A stretch of DNA of 64,000 nucleotides from an uncultured Chloroflexia bacterium (GTDB taxonomy: Bacteria; Chloroflexota; Limnocylindria; Limnocylindrales; CSP1-4). Every line of letters starts with the position of its first letter. Position 1 is the first letter of the stretch. This document shows, piece by piece, positions 44,698 to 54,396 of this stretch. The stretch lies in the NCBI GenBank assembly GCA_963725745.1, contig CAVRZS010000003.1, positions 428,260 to 492,259 of the forward strand. The letters are read 5' to 3'. The position numbers and the translations under genes are program-made. Below the pieces are notes generated by a model. The model searched no databases, was not told the DNA's origin, and saw nothing but the letters and a program-made list of their open reading frames with translations.

Positions 44698-45795
44698 TCA
44701 ACCGTAGCTGATGCGGGGATCGGCGATTCCGTAGATGACGTCCGCCAGGAGGTTGGCGAACACGACGATGACGGCCGTGACGACGAGGATGCCCATCAGC
44801 ACCGGGTAGTCGAAGTTGCCGGTCGCCTCGATGAACGCCCGGCCCATCCCCGGCCAGCTGAAGATCGTCTCGGTGACGATGGCGCCGGCGAACAGGAACG
44901 GCAGCTCGAGGCCGATGTTCGTGATCACGGGCAGCAGGGCATTGCGCAGCGCGTGCTTGCGCATCACGCGCTTCTCTGACACGCCCTTGGCCCGTGCGGT
45001 GCGCACGTAGTCGCGGTTGATGGCATCGATCATCGACGCCCGGATGAAGCGCGAGTCGGCCGCGATGTTGACCACGACCAGGGTAATCACCGGCAGGATC
45101 AGGTGGCTGGCCATGTCGGTGAACGCCTGGATCGGGGTGGATCGCACGAACTCCCAGTACGCCTCCGTCCCGAAGGCCGGCGTGGTGCGCGGATTCCACA
45201 TCCCGCCAGCCGGCAGCCAGTGCAGCGTGCCGGCGAACACGATGATCAGCATCAGTCCCAGCCAGAAGGTCGGGAACGAGTAGCCGACGTAATTGAAGAT
45301 CGTGATCGCGTTGTCGGTCTTGCTGTACCGCTTCACCGCGGCCGTCACGCCCAGGATGAACGCGAGCACGATCCACACCACGAGCGCCGTCCCGGCGAGG
45401 ATTGCCGTCGGCAGCAGGCGGGCGGCGATCACCGAGGTCACCGGCTCACCCGATGTCGTGGAGTAGCCGAAGTCGAGGTGGACGATGCCGTTGTCCCCAC
45501 CGCCCAGGAACTGCGGCAGGATGTTCGGCAGCCCGGTGTCGCTGAGGAGGATCCCAAGCCCCTGTCCGTCGGGGTTGCACGCCCCGAGCCAGCGGCAGTA
45601 CTGGATCGGCACCGGCTGATCGAGTCCCCAGCGATGGCGCATCGCCGCGATCTGCTCCGGCGTGATCTTGGGGTTGGAGAGGAACCTGGCCTCGGGGCCG
45701 CCCGGGGCGGCGAGGAGGATCCCGTAGATCAGGATCGAGGTGAAGAACAGCGTCGGTATCGCCCCGAGGACCCGGCGAATGATGTAGGCACCCAT
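44698..45795 (-). CDS. ABC transporter permease (OppB/DppB-like)
   Basis: 365 aa: MGAYIIRRVLGAIPTLFFTSILIY...DYVRTARAKGVSEKRVMRKHALRNALLP. Confidence 0.92.
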   Translation of the reverse strand: MGAYIIRRVLGAIPTLFFTSILIYGILLAAPGGPEARFLSNPKITPEQIAAMRHRWGLDQPVPIQYCRWLGACNPDGQGLGILLSDTGLPNILPQFLGGGDNGIVHLDFGYSTTSGEPVTSVIAARLLPTAILAGTALVVWIVLAFILGVTAAVKRYSKTDNAITIFNYVGYSFPTFWLGLMLIIVFAGTLHWLPAGGMWNPRTTPAFGTEAYWEFVRSTPIQAFTDMASHLILPVITLVVVNIAADSRFIRASMIDAINRDYVRTARAKGVSEKRVMRKHALRNALLPVITNIGLELPFLFAGAIVTETIFSWPGMGRAFIEATGNFDYPVLMGILVVTAVIVVFANLLADVIYGIADPRISYG

Positions 45796-45911
45796 CGTGC
45801 GCTCCGTCGCTGGAAGGGAGACACGGGACCGACTGCCGAGGCGTGACGGTCCCGTGCCCGATGTGTCGTTGCGGTGACGCAGGGGTCCTGCGTCACCGCG
45901 TCAAGCGAAGG

Positions 45912-47762
45912 CTATTCGCTCTTCCACCAATCCTCGATGTTCCACACCTGCGTGGCAGCCGTGGAGTTGTTCACGACGTTGTGCATCTTGGCCTTGTTGG
46001 CCAGGAGCACGGTGCGCCAGTTGTAGAGGGGGACCTCCGGGAACCCGTTGGCCGGGTCCTGGTAGATCGTCTGGATCTTGCCCATGTCGTCCTTGATCTT
46101 CAGCAGATCGACCGAGCGAAGGCTCTCGTCGAGGGCCGCGTCAACGTCGGCGTTGTGCAGCCGGATGTAGTTCGCACCGGCGTGCGTCGGGTTGGTCGTG
46201 GGATCGAACGAGGAGTGGTACACCCCGTAGTTGCCCAGCGGATCGGGGGTGTTGACCCAGGCGAACTCCGTCACGTCGTAGTTGCCGTGGGTGAGGTTGC
46301 AGGGGACGTCTGCCCCGGGCTCGTTCCAGCCCGCGAACAGGATGCTCGGATCCGCGGCCAGGTTGGTGAGATCGAACTTGATGCCGAGCTCGGCGGCCTG
46401 GGACGCGACCAGGGTGAGGGTGTCGAGGCGGTACTGGCGGTCGGCGCGGGTGCAGGCTTGCAGCACGACGGGCGTCCCGTTCGGGGCGACGAGGTTGCCG
46501 TCGGCGCCCTTGGTGAAGCCCGCGTCGCTCAGGATCTGGGCGGCCTTGGCCGGGTCGTGCTCATAGCACGGGATGTCCTTGTAGGCCCAGGCGAGCGGCG
46601 AGAACATGGCGCACGACGGAGTGGCCGTCCCACCCAGGACACGCTGGTTGATGGCGTCCTTGTCAGTGGCGTAATGCAAGGCCTCGAGCAGCGCCTTGGC
46701 GCCGTCGGCGCCGAACTTGGTCGTCAGGGACGCCAGGTTGTAGGAGTTGTGCTCGTAGGTCAGGCCGTCGATCACGTCGACGTCTGCGGGCGGGACCTGG
46801 CTCGCCTGGAGGGCGGGCAGGTTGGTGTGGTTCATCTCGAGCGCGACGTCGACTTCGTCGTTCGCGTAGCCCGCGATCAGGGCGTCGACCGTCGAGTAGA
46901 ACCGCAGCGTGTAGGCGTCGAAGGGCGTATCGGCCTTCTTGATCGTCTTCCAGAACGCGTCGTTCGGCTTGAAGTCGACCTGTGCGCCGGCCGCCCAGTT
47001 GGTCGGATGCCAGGGGCCGCTGTAGACGCCCGACTCCGGGTCGGCCTGCGTGTACAGCTTGGTGAATGCGTCTGCCGCGGGCACCGTGCTGATGTAGTGC
47101 TTGGGCAGGAGCGGGGCGAACAGGCCGAGGAACGGCTCGTAGATCTTCGAGAAGTGGAGGACGCACGTGCTGCCCGTCCCACCGTCGATGGCCGAGATGT
47201 CCTCGTAGCCCTGGGTGCCCGTGACCGTGCCCGCGTTGGTCGGGTCGAGCTGCCACTTCCACTGGTAGCTGAGGTCGTCGCAGGTGATCGGCTGTCCGTC
47301 GGACCACTGGGCGCCCTCGATCAGCTTGATCGTGACGTCCATGCCGCCGGAGTCGTTGAGCACGACGCCGCCGTTGTCGACGGTCGGGACCTCGGTGGCC
47401 AGCTGGCCGTAGTACTTCAGGTCGGCGGTGTTGCCGAAGAGGCTCCACAGCGAGCCGCCGAAGGCGTCGGTGTCGCCCGCGAAGTTGTCGTAGATGCCCC
47501 ACCAGATGGTGTTGGCCTCGCCGGACGTGCCGACGACGAGCTTGCCGCCCGTGTGCCCGACCGCCTCCGCCTTATAGGTCGTGGTGGTCAGGTCCGGGGG
47601 AATGGCCGCGGCGCTCGGCGACGCAGCGGGCCCTGAGGGCGATGACCCAGCCGCTGAAGGTGCGGCCGCCGACGCGGCCGGCGAGGCGGTTGAGGTCGTC
47701 CCGCCGCACGCTGCGACGACGATCGCCGCAGTGGCCAGCAGGCCCCAGAAACGTTTGTGCAT
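45912..47762 (-). CDS. Family-5 peptide/nickel ABC substrate-binding lipoprotein (canonical segment order)
   Basis: ATG 47762 after GGAGGAG. MHKRFWGLLATAAIVVAACGG (lipobox), a Ser/Ala/Pro linker, then SBP_bac_5-type blocks. Confidence 0.88.
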   Translation of the reverse strand: MHKRFWGLLATAAIVVAACGGTTSTASPAASAAAPSAAGSSPSGPAASPSAAAIPPDLTTTTYKAEAVGHTGGKLVVGTSGEANTIWWGIYDNFAGDTDAFGGSLWSLFGNTADLKYYGQLATEVPTVDNGGVVLNDSGGMDVTIKLIEGAQWSDGQPITCDDLSYQWKWQLDPTNAGTVTGTQGYEDISAIDGGTGSTCVLHFSKIYEPFLGLFAPLLPKHYISTVPAADAFTKLYTQADPESGVYSGPWHPTNWAAGAQVDFKPNDAFWKTIKKADTPFDAYTLRFYSTVDALIAGYANDEVDVALEMNHTNLPALQASQVPPADVDVIDGLTYEHNSYNLASLTTKFGADGAKALLEALHYATDKDAINQRVLGGTATPSCAMFSPLAWAYKDIPCYEHDPAKAAQILSDAGFTKGADGNLVAPNGTPVVLQACTRADRQYRLDTLTLVASQAAELGIKFDLTNLAADPSILFAGWNEPGADVPCNLTHGNYDVTEFAWVNTPDPLGNYGVYHSSFDPTTNPTHAGANYIRLHNADVDAALDESLRSVDLLKIKDDMGKIQTIYQDPANGFPEVPLYNWRTVLLANKAKMHNVVNNSTAATQVWNIEDWWKSE

Positions 47763-47939
47763 CAGATCTCCTCCGATCGATGTCTGGCTGCCCGAGATTG
47801 ACCGTGATCGCAGGCCTGAAGGTCCTGTCAACCGCGGACTGGTGATTCGTGTGTGAATCCTCGGGGCATGCCACGACGGCACTGGTCTCGGCCGGTGCGC
47901 TGCGCGCTACTATTCACACGGCCTCCGAGCCTGTCAAAT

Positions 47940-47953
47940 CCCCCATCCGGGGG
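47940..47953 (-). terminator. Short GC hairpin after gcvPB (weak terminator candidate)
   Basis: The minus strand reads CCCCC-GGAT-GGGGG followed by ATTTGAC, about 10 nt after the stop. Confidence 0.3.
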
Positions 47954-47963
47954 GCGCTCGGGG

Positions 47964-49463
47964 TCAATCCGGGCACGGCGTGTCCGCGCCCGTCATGCCT
48001 CGCCAGCGTAGATTCGGCTGGCGCGCGGCCGTCGCCTCGTCGAGGCGGCGAACGGGAGCCGTGTGCGGGGCTGAGGTGACCAGCCCGGGGTCCGTCTCCG
48101 CCTCGTGGGCGATCTCGATCAGGGCGTCGGCGAAGCCGTCGAGCGTCTCGAGCGACTCGGTCTCGGTCGGCTCGATCAGCATGGCCTCGTCGACCGTGAG
48201 CGGGAAGTAGATCGTGGGCGGGTGGTAGCCCTTGTCGATCAGGCGCTTGGCGACGTCCAGCGTCCGGACACCGGTGCGAGCCTTGATGTCGGAGGCCGAC
48301 GCGACGAACTCGTGCTTGCAGGCCCGACCGAACGGGATCCGGTAGGTCCCGGCGAGCCGCGCCTTGAGGTAGTTGGCCGCCAGCACGGCGTCGTCGGAGA
48401 CCTCGCGCAGGCCGTCGTCGCCGTGCGCGCACAGGTACGCATACGCCCGCACCAGGACGCCGGAGCTGCCGACGAACGAGCGCATCCGCCCGATGGAGGC
48501 CGGGCGCTCGCCCGCCGTCTCGAGGCGATAGCCGCCGTCGTCCGCCCGCACGACCCGCGGGGCCGGCAGGAACGGCACGAGGTCCGGCCGGACGCCGACG
48601 GGGCCGGCCCCCGGTCCACCGCCGCCGTGCGGGGTGCTGAACGTCTTGTGGGTGTTGAAGTGCATGACGTCGAAGCCCGCTTCGCCGGGCTTGAAGCGCC
48701 CGAGGATCGCGTTGAGGTTGGCTCCATCCATGTAGGCGAGCGCGCCGGCGGCGTGCGTGGCATCGAGCAGCTCGCCGATCCGCCGCTCGAACAGCCCGAG
48801 CGTGGACGGGTTGGTGATCATGATCGCCGCCGTCTTCGGCCCGAGGGCCGCCTGGAACGCGTCCAGGTCAACGCCGCCATCGGGCGCCGACGGGATGGTG
48901 ATGGTTCGGAAGCCGGCCATGGTCGCCGTCGCCGGGTTGGTGCCGTGCGACGAGTCCGGCACCAGCACCTCTGTCCGGTCGTGGTCGCCCCGCGATCGGT
49001 GGTAGGCGCGGATCATCAGGATCCCGGTCAGCTCGCCGTGCGCGCCGGCCGCCGGCTGCAGCGTCACCGCGGCCATCCCGCTGATCTCGGCCAGGATCGC
49101 CTCGAGCTCGAACAGCAGCTGGAGCGTCCCCTGGCTGACCGCGTCGGGCGCCATCGGGTGAAGCCCCGCGAAGCCCGGCAGTCGCGCGGCCCACTCGTTG
49201 AGCTTGGGGTTGAACTTCATCGTGCACGAGCCGAGCGGATAGAAGCCCGTGTCGACCGCGTAGTTGAGCTGGCTGAGGTTGACGTAGTGGCGCACGACCT
49301 CGGGCTCGTTGAGCTCGGGCAGGGCCGGCGGGGTCGCCCGCCGTTGGGCGCCCGGGATGCGGTCAAGGGCGTCGGCGGGCGGGTGCGGGATCTTGCCGCC
49401 GCCCCGGCCCGGGCGGCTGCGCTCGAACAGCGTGGGCTGGAGCCGCTCGCCGACGACGCTCAT
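47964..49463 (-). CDS. gcvPB: Glycine dehydrogenase (decarboxylating) subunit 2
   Basis: The ATG at 49463 overlaps the gcvPA TGA (ATGA). NYAVDTGFYPLGSCTMKFNP...SSHGTNPA...NTHKTFSTPHGGGGPG. Confidence 0.93.
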   Translation of the reverse strand: MSVVGERLQPTLFERSRPGRGGGKIPHPPADALDRIPGAQRRATPPALPELNEPEVVRHYVNLSQLNYAVDTGFYPLGSCTMKFNPKLNEWAARLPGFAGLHPMAPDAVSQGTLQLLFELEAILAEISGMAAVTLQPAAGAHGELTGILMIRAYHRSRGDHDRTEVLVPDSSHGTNPATATMAGFRTITIPSAPDGGVDLDAFQAALGPKTAAIMITNPSTLGLFERRIGELLDATHAAGALAYMDGANLNAILGRFKPGEAGFDVMHFNTHKTFSTPHGGGGPGAGPVGVRPDLVPFLPAPRVVRADDGGYRLETAGERPASIGRMRSFVGSSGVLVRAYAYLCAHGDDGLREVSDDAVLAANYLKARLAGTYRIPFGRACKHEFVASASDIKARTGVRTLDVAKRLIDKGYHPPTIYFPLTVDEAMLIEPTETESLETLDGFADALIEIAHEAETDPGLVTSAPHTAPVRRLDEATAARQPNLRWRGMTGADTPCPD

Positions 49464-50848
49464 CGGGCGCTCACGGCGACCGCCGGGTCGCCGATCTCGG
49501 CACCCAGCGCGCTCGCGAAACGCTCGATCTCCTCGCCGGTCGTGACCTCGGTGGCACACACGAGCAGCCCGTCGGTGAGCGACGGCTCGTCGGGCAGGAG
49601 GTCGGCGGTCGGGATCCCCGCCAGCACTCCCCGATCGAGCAGCCGGGCGTGGACGGCGCGGGCGTCCGGGACCCGGACCGCGAACTCGTTGAGGAACGGC
49701 CCGCTGTGCAGCCGCGGCGCGCCGGCCGCCGCCAGCGCCGCCTCGAGCTCCGAGGCGCGGGCCGCCCCGAGCGCCGCGACGTCGCGCAGCCCGTGGGGCC
49801 CGATGGTGGCGAGGTAGATCGAGGCCGCGAGCGCCAGCAGCGCCTGGTTGGTGCAGATGTTGCTGGCCGCCTTCTCGCGCCGGATGTCCTGCTCGCGCGC
49901 GCGCAGCGTCATCACGAATGCCCGCCGCCCATCGAGATCGGCGGTCATGCCCACCAGGCGGCCCGGGATCTGGCGGACCAGCGCATCGGTGCAGGCCACG
50001 ATGCCCAGGTACGGTCCGCCGAACTGGAGCGCGATCCCGAGCGGCTGGCCCTCGCCCGCCGCGATGTCGGCGCCGTACTCGCCGGGCGGCGCGAGGACGG
50101 CCAGCGACACGGGCTCGATGACGCTCACGAACAGCGCACCCGCCGCGTGCGCCAGGCGCCCGATGGCCGCCATGTCCTCGAGCAGGCCGAGGATCCCGGG
50201 CTGCGCCGCGACGACGCCGGCGACCGGCCGGTCCGAGTCCGCGAGCATCCGCTCCAGGGCCTCGAGGTCGGTCGTCCCGGCGGCCGGGCCGCCCGCGACC
50301 AGGGGGATCTCGTCGACGACCAGCCCCGCGCCCTCCGCGTAGGTGTGGAGCGTCTGGCGGTAGTGGGGATGGACGGCACGCGAGATGAGGACCCTCTCGC
50401 GGCGGGTGGCCCGGCAGGTCATGAGGGCCGCCTCGGCGGTCGCGGCGCCGCCGTCGTAGTGGGAGGCGGACACGACGTCCAGGCCGGTGAGCTCGGCGAG
50501 CAGCGACTGGTACTCGTAGATGCTCTGGAGGGTGCCCTGGCTCACCTCGGGCTGGTAGGGCGTGTAGGCCGTGTACCACTCGCCGCGGAGCAAGAGCTGG
50601 TCGACGGCGGGCGGCGTCCAGTGGCGGTACGCGCCTGCGCCCAGGAAGCTCGCGAGATCGACACGGTTGCGGGCGGCCAGCGCGGACAGCCGGCGGCTGA
50701 GCTCGAGCTCCGGCTCGGGCGGGTCGATGCGCAGCGGGCTGGCGCGCAGCGCCGCCGGGATGTCGTCGAACAGGTCATCGACCGAGCCGACGCCGATCGC
50801 CTCGAGCATCCGGGCCCGGTCGTCGGCGACGTGCGGCCCGTAGGGCAC
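49460..50848 (-). CDS. gcvPA: Glycine dehydrogenase (decarboxylating) subunit 1
   Basis: 462 aa, GTG start. MPYGPHVADDRARMLEAIGVGSVDDLF...FLGAGAYRHW...YTPYQPEVSQG. Confidence 0.93.
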   Translation of the reverse strand: MPYGPHVADDRARMLEAIGVGSVDDLFDDIPAALRASPLRIDPPEPELELSRRLSALAARNRVDLASFLGAGAYRHWTPPAVDQLLLRGEWYTAYTPYQPEVSQGTLQSIYEYQSLLAELTGLDVVSASHYDGGAATAEAALMTCRATRRERVLISRAVHPHYRQTLHTYAEGAGLVVDEIPLVAGGPAAGTTDLEALERMLADSDRPVAGVVAAQPGILGLLEDMAAIGRLAHAAGALFVSVIEPVSLAVLAPPGEYGADIAAGEGQPLGIALQFGGPYLGIVACTDALVRQIPGRLVGMTADLDGRRAFVMTLRAREQDIRREKAASNICTNQALLALAASIYLATIGPHGLRDVAALGAARASELEAALAAAGAPRLHSGPFLNEFAVRVPDARAVHARLLDRGVLAGIPTADLLPDEPSLTDGLLVCATEVTTGEEIERFASALGAEIGDPAVAVSAR

Positions 50849-50851
50849 CGG

Positions 50852-51232
<381 letters not shown>

Positions 51233-51302
51233 CAGGCGGGCTCCTCCATGGGACGTCGCGACAATCGGGACGCGTTGGGCTCCGATGGGTCTGACTGCCC
51301 TC

Positions 51303-52430
51303 TCAGGCTGGGCGCTTGTAGAACGGCAGCGGAACGACCTCCGCGGCGACGGGGGCCCCGCGGATGTCCACGGCCAGCATCGTAGCGGGTCCGGCATCGG
51401 CCGGGCGGACGTAGGCCATGGCGATCGCCTTGCCCAGCGTCGGCGACATCGTGCCCGATGTGACCGTCCCGGTGGCGGTCGGCGGCGCACCGTCGGTTGC
51501 CGCACTCAGCACGGGGTAGCCGTGCCGGGCGATTCCCCGGTCGCGCATCACGAGGCCCACCAGCTGGCGCCCGACGCCGTCGCGATCCACCCGCTCCAGG
51601 GCGGCGCGACCGACGAAGTCGCCCGGCTTGGACAGCTTCACGACCCGGCCAAGGCCGGCCTCGAACGGGTTCGTCGAGCGGTCGAGCTCGTTGCCGTACA
51701 GCGGCATGCCGGCCTCGAGCCGCAGGGTGTCGCGGGCGCCCAGCCCGACCGGGACCTGCCCATGGGGCCGCCCGGCCTCGAGCAGCGCGTCCCACAGCTC
51801 TCCCGCCCGGTCCACGTCGACGAACAGCTCGAAGCCATCCTCACCGGTGTAGCCCGTCCGGGCCACCTGGGCCGGGATGCCGGCCACCACGCCCTCCGCG
51901 ATCCCGTAGTAGCGGATGCCGCCGATATCGAGATCGGTCAGCGGCCCCAGGACGTCGAGCGACCGCGGACCCTGGATCGCGACCAGGCCGGTGGCCAGCG
52001 ACCGGTCGTCGAGCACCGCGCGGAATCCCTCCATCCGCTCCGCGAGCGCGTCCGAGACCACCCGCGCGTTCGACGCGTTGGCGACGACCATGAACCGATC
52101 TTCGGCCAGCCGGTAGACGATCAGGTCGTCCAGGATCCCGCCGTCGGCGGCGCAGATCATCGAGTATTGGGCCCGTCCGATCGCGAGCGCCGGCGGGTCC
52201 GTGACGAGCGCGCCCGCCAGCGCGGGACCGGCGTCCGGACCCTCGACGACGAGCTCGCCCATGTGCGACAGGTCGAACAGCCCGGCCGCCCCCCGGACCG
52301 CCCGGTGCTCTTCGAGGATGCCTGCGTACTGGATCGGCATCAGCCAGCCGGCGAACTCGACGATCTTGGCGCCCAGGGCCTCATGGCGGTCCAGGAGCGG
52401 GCTGGGCAGCGGCGTCGTGGCCTCGGTCAT
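51303..52430 (-). CDS. gcvT: Glycine cleavage system aminomethyltransferase T
   Basis: 375 aa: TPLLDRHEALGAKIVEFAGWLMPIQY...LFDLSHMGEL...ARTGYTGEDGFE. Confidence 0.93.
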   Translation of the reverse strand: MTEATTPLPSPLLDRHEALGAKIVEFAGWLMPIQYAGILEEHRAVRGAAGLFDLSHMGELVVEGPDAGPALAGALVTDPPALAIGRAQYSMICAADGGILDDLIVYRLAEDRFMVVANASNARVVSDALAERMEGFRAVLDDRSLATGLVAIQGPRSLDVLGPLTDLDIGGIRYYGIAEGVVAGIPAQVARTGYTGEDGFELFVDVDRAGELWDALLEAGRPHGQVPVGLGARDTLRLEAGMPLYGNELDRSTNPFEAGLGRVVKLSKPGDFVGRAALERVDRDGVGRQLVGLVMRDRGIARHGYPVLSAATDGAPPTATGTVTSGTMSPTLGKAIAMAYVRPADAGPATMLAVDIRGAPVAAEVVPLPFYKRPA

Positions 52431-52443
52431 CGCAGCGTCCTGT

Positions 52444-52899
52444 TCAGGCCGGCATCGGGAACGTCTCGTCGAGCGCGGCGATGGCGCGCGCGGCGAGGGC
52501 CCGCTCGGTCTCGAACGTCAGCAGCATCGACGCCTCGACGAACGAGATCCAGCGCACCTCCGCGAACTCGTGATCGTGGCGCGCGAGGTCGCCGCCCGTC
52601 GGGACCATCAGGAAGTAGTAGACCGTCTTGTTGATGCGCGTCCCGCCCATGACGAACGAGTAGTCGATGTGGTCGAACGGCCGGACGATCCTGACCTCGA
52701 GGCCGGTCTCCTCGGTGACCTCGCGGATGGCCGTCTCCTCGGTCGTCTCGCCCGCGATGGGCGTCCCTTTTGGGAGGCTCCAGGTGACGCCGTCGCGTTC
52801 GCGCCGGCGCATGCCCACCACGAGCTCGGGGGTGCCGTCGGTGACCCGGATGACGATGCCACCGGCAGAGGTGGCTGTGGCCTGCCTCAGGCGGGCCAC
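52444..52899 (-). CDS. NUDIX hydrolase, 13 nt upstream of gcvT
   Basis: GTG 52899. SAGGIVIRV...LPKGTPIAGETTEETAIREVTEETGLE (Nudix box GX5EX7REUXEEXGU). Confidence 0.8.
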   Translation of the reverse strand: MARLRQATATSAGGIVIRVTDGTPELVVGMRRRERDGVTWSLPKGTPIAGETTEETAIREVTEETGLEVRIVRPFDHIDYSFVMGGTRINKTVYYFLMVPTGGDLARHDHEFAEVRWISFVEASMLLTFETERALAARAIAALDETFPMPA

Positions 52900-53221
52900 G
52901 CGGGCGCCACGGAAGAGCGGCGCGAGCCTCCGGCACGGGTGGAGCTGGTCCACCGCATCCGCTGGGCCGGGGTGGGCCGGCCGGTTGCGGCCTCCCGCAC
53001 CGGCTCGATCGTCAGTGCGCGCCACGGGGCGCGGAGCGCCGTCAGGGGTCCGACATCCGGACGGCGGAGCACGGTGCGGCGTCCGGAGGCCGCAATGAAC
53101 GCCGACGAGGGCCGCAGGCCGAGGCGCCGCTCGCGGGCTGACGCCGCGGGATGGACGTAGCGCGCCGGCCAAGCCGCAAAGCGAGTGGCGATGCTGTGCT
53201 GCATTCCGGCATCCTACCGCG

Positions 53222-54283
53222 TCACGGGTTGCCTGCAAGTGCGGCTCGCAGCCGCTCGGCAGACTCCGGTGACAGCGCGCCCCGCTCCCGCGCGATCGCG
53301 GCGTCGCGCTCGAGCAACGCCCGGTAGACGGGAAGGGCATCCGGCGCGCCCGCCCGCAGGGCGGCGAGATGCGCACCGACCGTGCCGAGGTCGCCACGCG
53401 TCGCCGGGCCGGTGAGCGAGGAGGCGATGCCCAGCGCCTGGGCGTTGGCGACCGCCTGTTCGAGCAGCGGCACGAAGATCCGCAGGGCGCCCTCCTCGTC
53501 CAGGCCCAGCAGCCCGGCAATCTCGCGGATCGTATCGAGGAGCGCAACCACGCCGCCGGCCGCGAGCACGGCGGCGGCGTGGTAGGCGGGCTTGGAGCCC
53601 GCCGGCAGGCGGACCGGCACGGCGCCGATGGCCTCCGCCATGTCGCCCAGGTGGGCCGCCAGCTCGTCGTCCCCTTCGATCGCCACGGTCGCGCCGGGCA
53701 GGGCGGCCAGCGCCCGTTCGAGGTCGGCGAACGCAACCAGCGGGTGAAACGCGCCCGCCTGTGTCCCGGCGGCCATCGCCGGGCGCAGGACCTCCGCGCC
53801 CAGGACGCCGCTGGTGTGGATGAGCGCCTGGCCCGCGTACAGGCGAAGGCTCTCCGCGACGGCGACGACGACGTCGTCGGGCACCGCGAGGATCACGAGC
53901 TCGACGTCGTCGACGAGGGCGTTCGCCTCGGCGAACCCGCGGACGCCGGAGACGAGCTCGCGGAACCGCGCCCGCCGGGCCGGGTCCCGCGACGCGACCG
54001 CGCCCACCGGCCAGCCCGCTCGATCGAGCGCGATGCCGAGCGTCGTGCCGACAGGCCCGGCGCCCACGATCCCGACCACCGGCCGTTCCCCGGGACCCGA
54101 GTGGGCGTGGGGGTGGGCATGGTCGCTGAGGTGCTCGACGTCGCCGTGGCGGTGGTGCCCGGGTGCGGCCGGGTCGAGGTCGACGCCCTCCTGGCCGAGC
54201 TCCTGGAGCGTCTCGTCGTGGTCTGCCTCGCGCCGCTCCGCCGCGCGTCGGAGCAGGTCGTCGGTCTCGTCCCAGGCCCTCAT
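53222..54283 (-). CDS. Rossmann-fold + DUF2520 domain protein with His-rich N-terminal extension
   Basis: VVGIVGAGPVGTTLG...VILAVPDD...IHTSG...FHPLVAF...KPAYHAAAVLAAGG...SLTGPATRGD. The N-terminal 60 aa contain HHRHGDVEHLSDHAHPHAH. The start (ATG 54283) is uncertain. Confidence 0.7.
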   Translation of the reverse strand: MRAWDETDDLLRRAAERREADHDETLQELGQEGVDLDPAAPGHHRHGDVEHLSDHAHPHAHSGPGERPVVGIVGAGPVGTTLGIALDRAGWPVGAVASRDPARRARFRELVSGVRGFAEANALVDDVELVILAVPDDVVVAVAESLRLYAGQALIHTSGVLGAEVLRPAMAAGTQAGAFHPLVAFADLERALAALPGATVAIEGDDELAAHLGDMAEAIGAVPVRLPAGSKPAYHAAAVLAAGGVVALLDTIREIAGLLGLDEEGALRIFVPLLEQAVANAQALGIASSLTGPATRGDLGTVGAHLAALRAGAPDALPVYRALLERDAAIARERGALSPESAERLRAALAGNP

Positions 54284-54396
54284 CGGGTCCGCTCCCCTGC
54301 CCTGGCGGCGTGCGCGCGGTACAATTCCACGCAGCGAGTGTAGCGAGCGGTCCGAGGGCGCACCCTCATCGCCCGATCCCCGAAGGAGGATCACCC

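Noticed and set aside
52900-53221. Glycine riboswitch upstream of the NUDIX-gcvTHP operon
   Set aside because: I could not find the conserved aptamer cores on the minus strand by eye, so I do not call it. It needs a covariance-model search.
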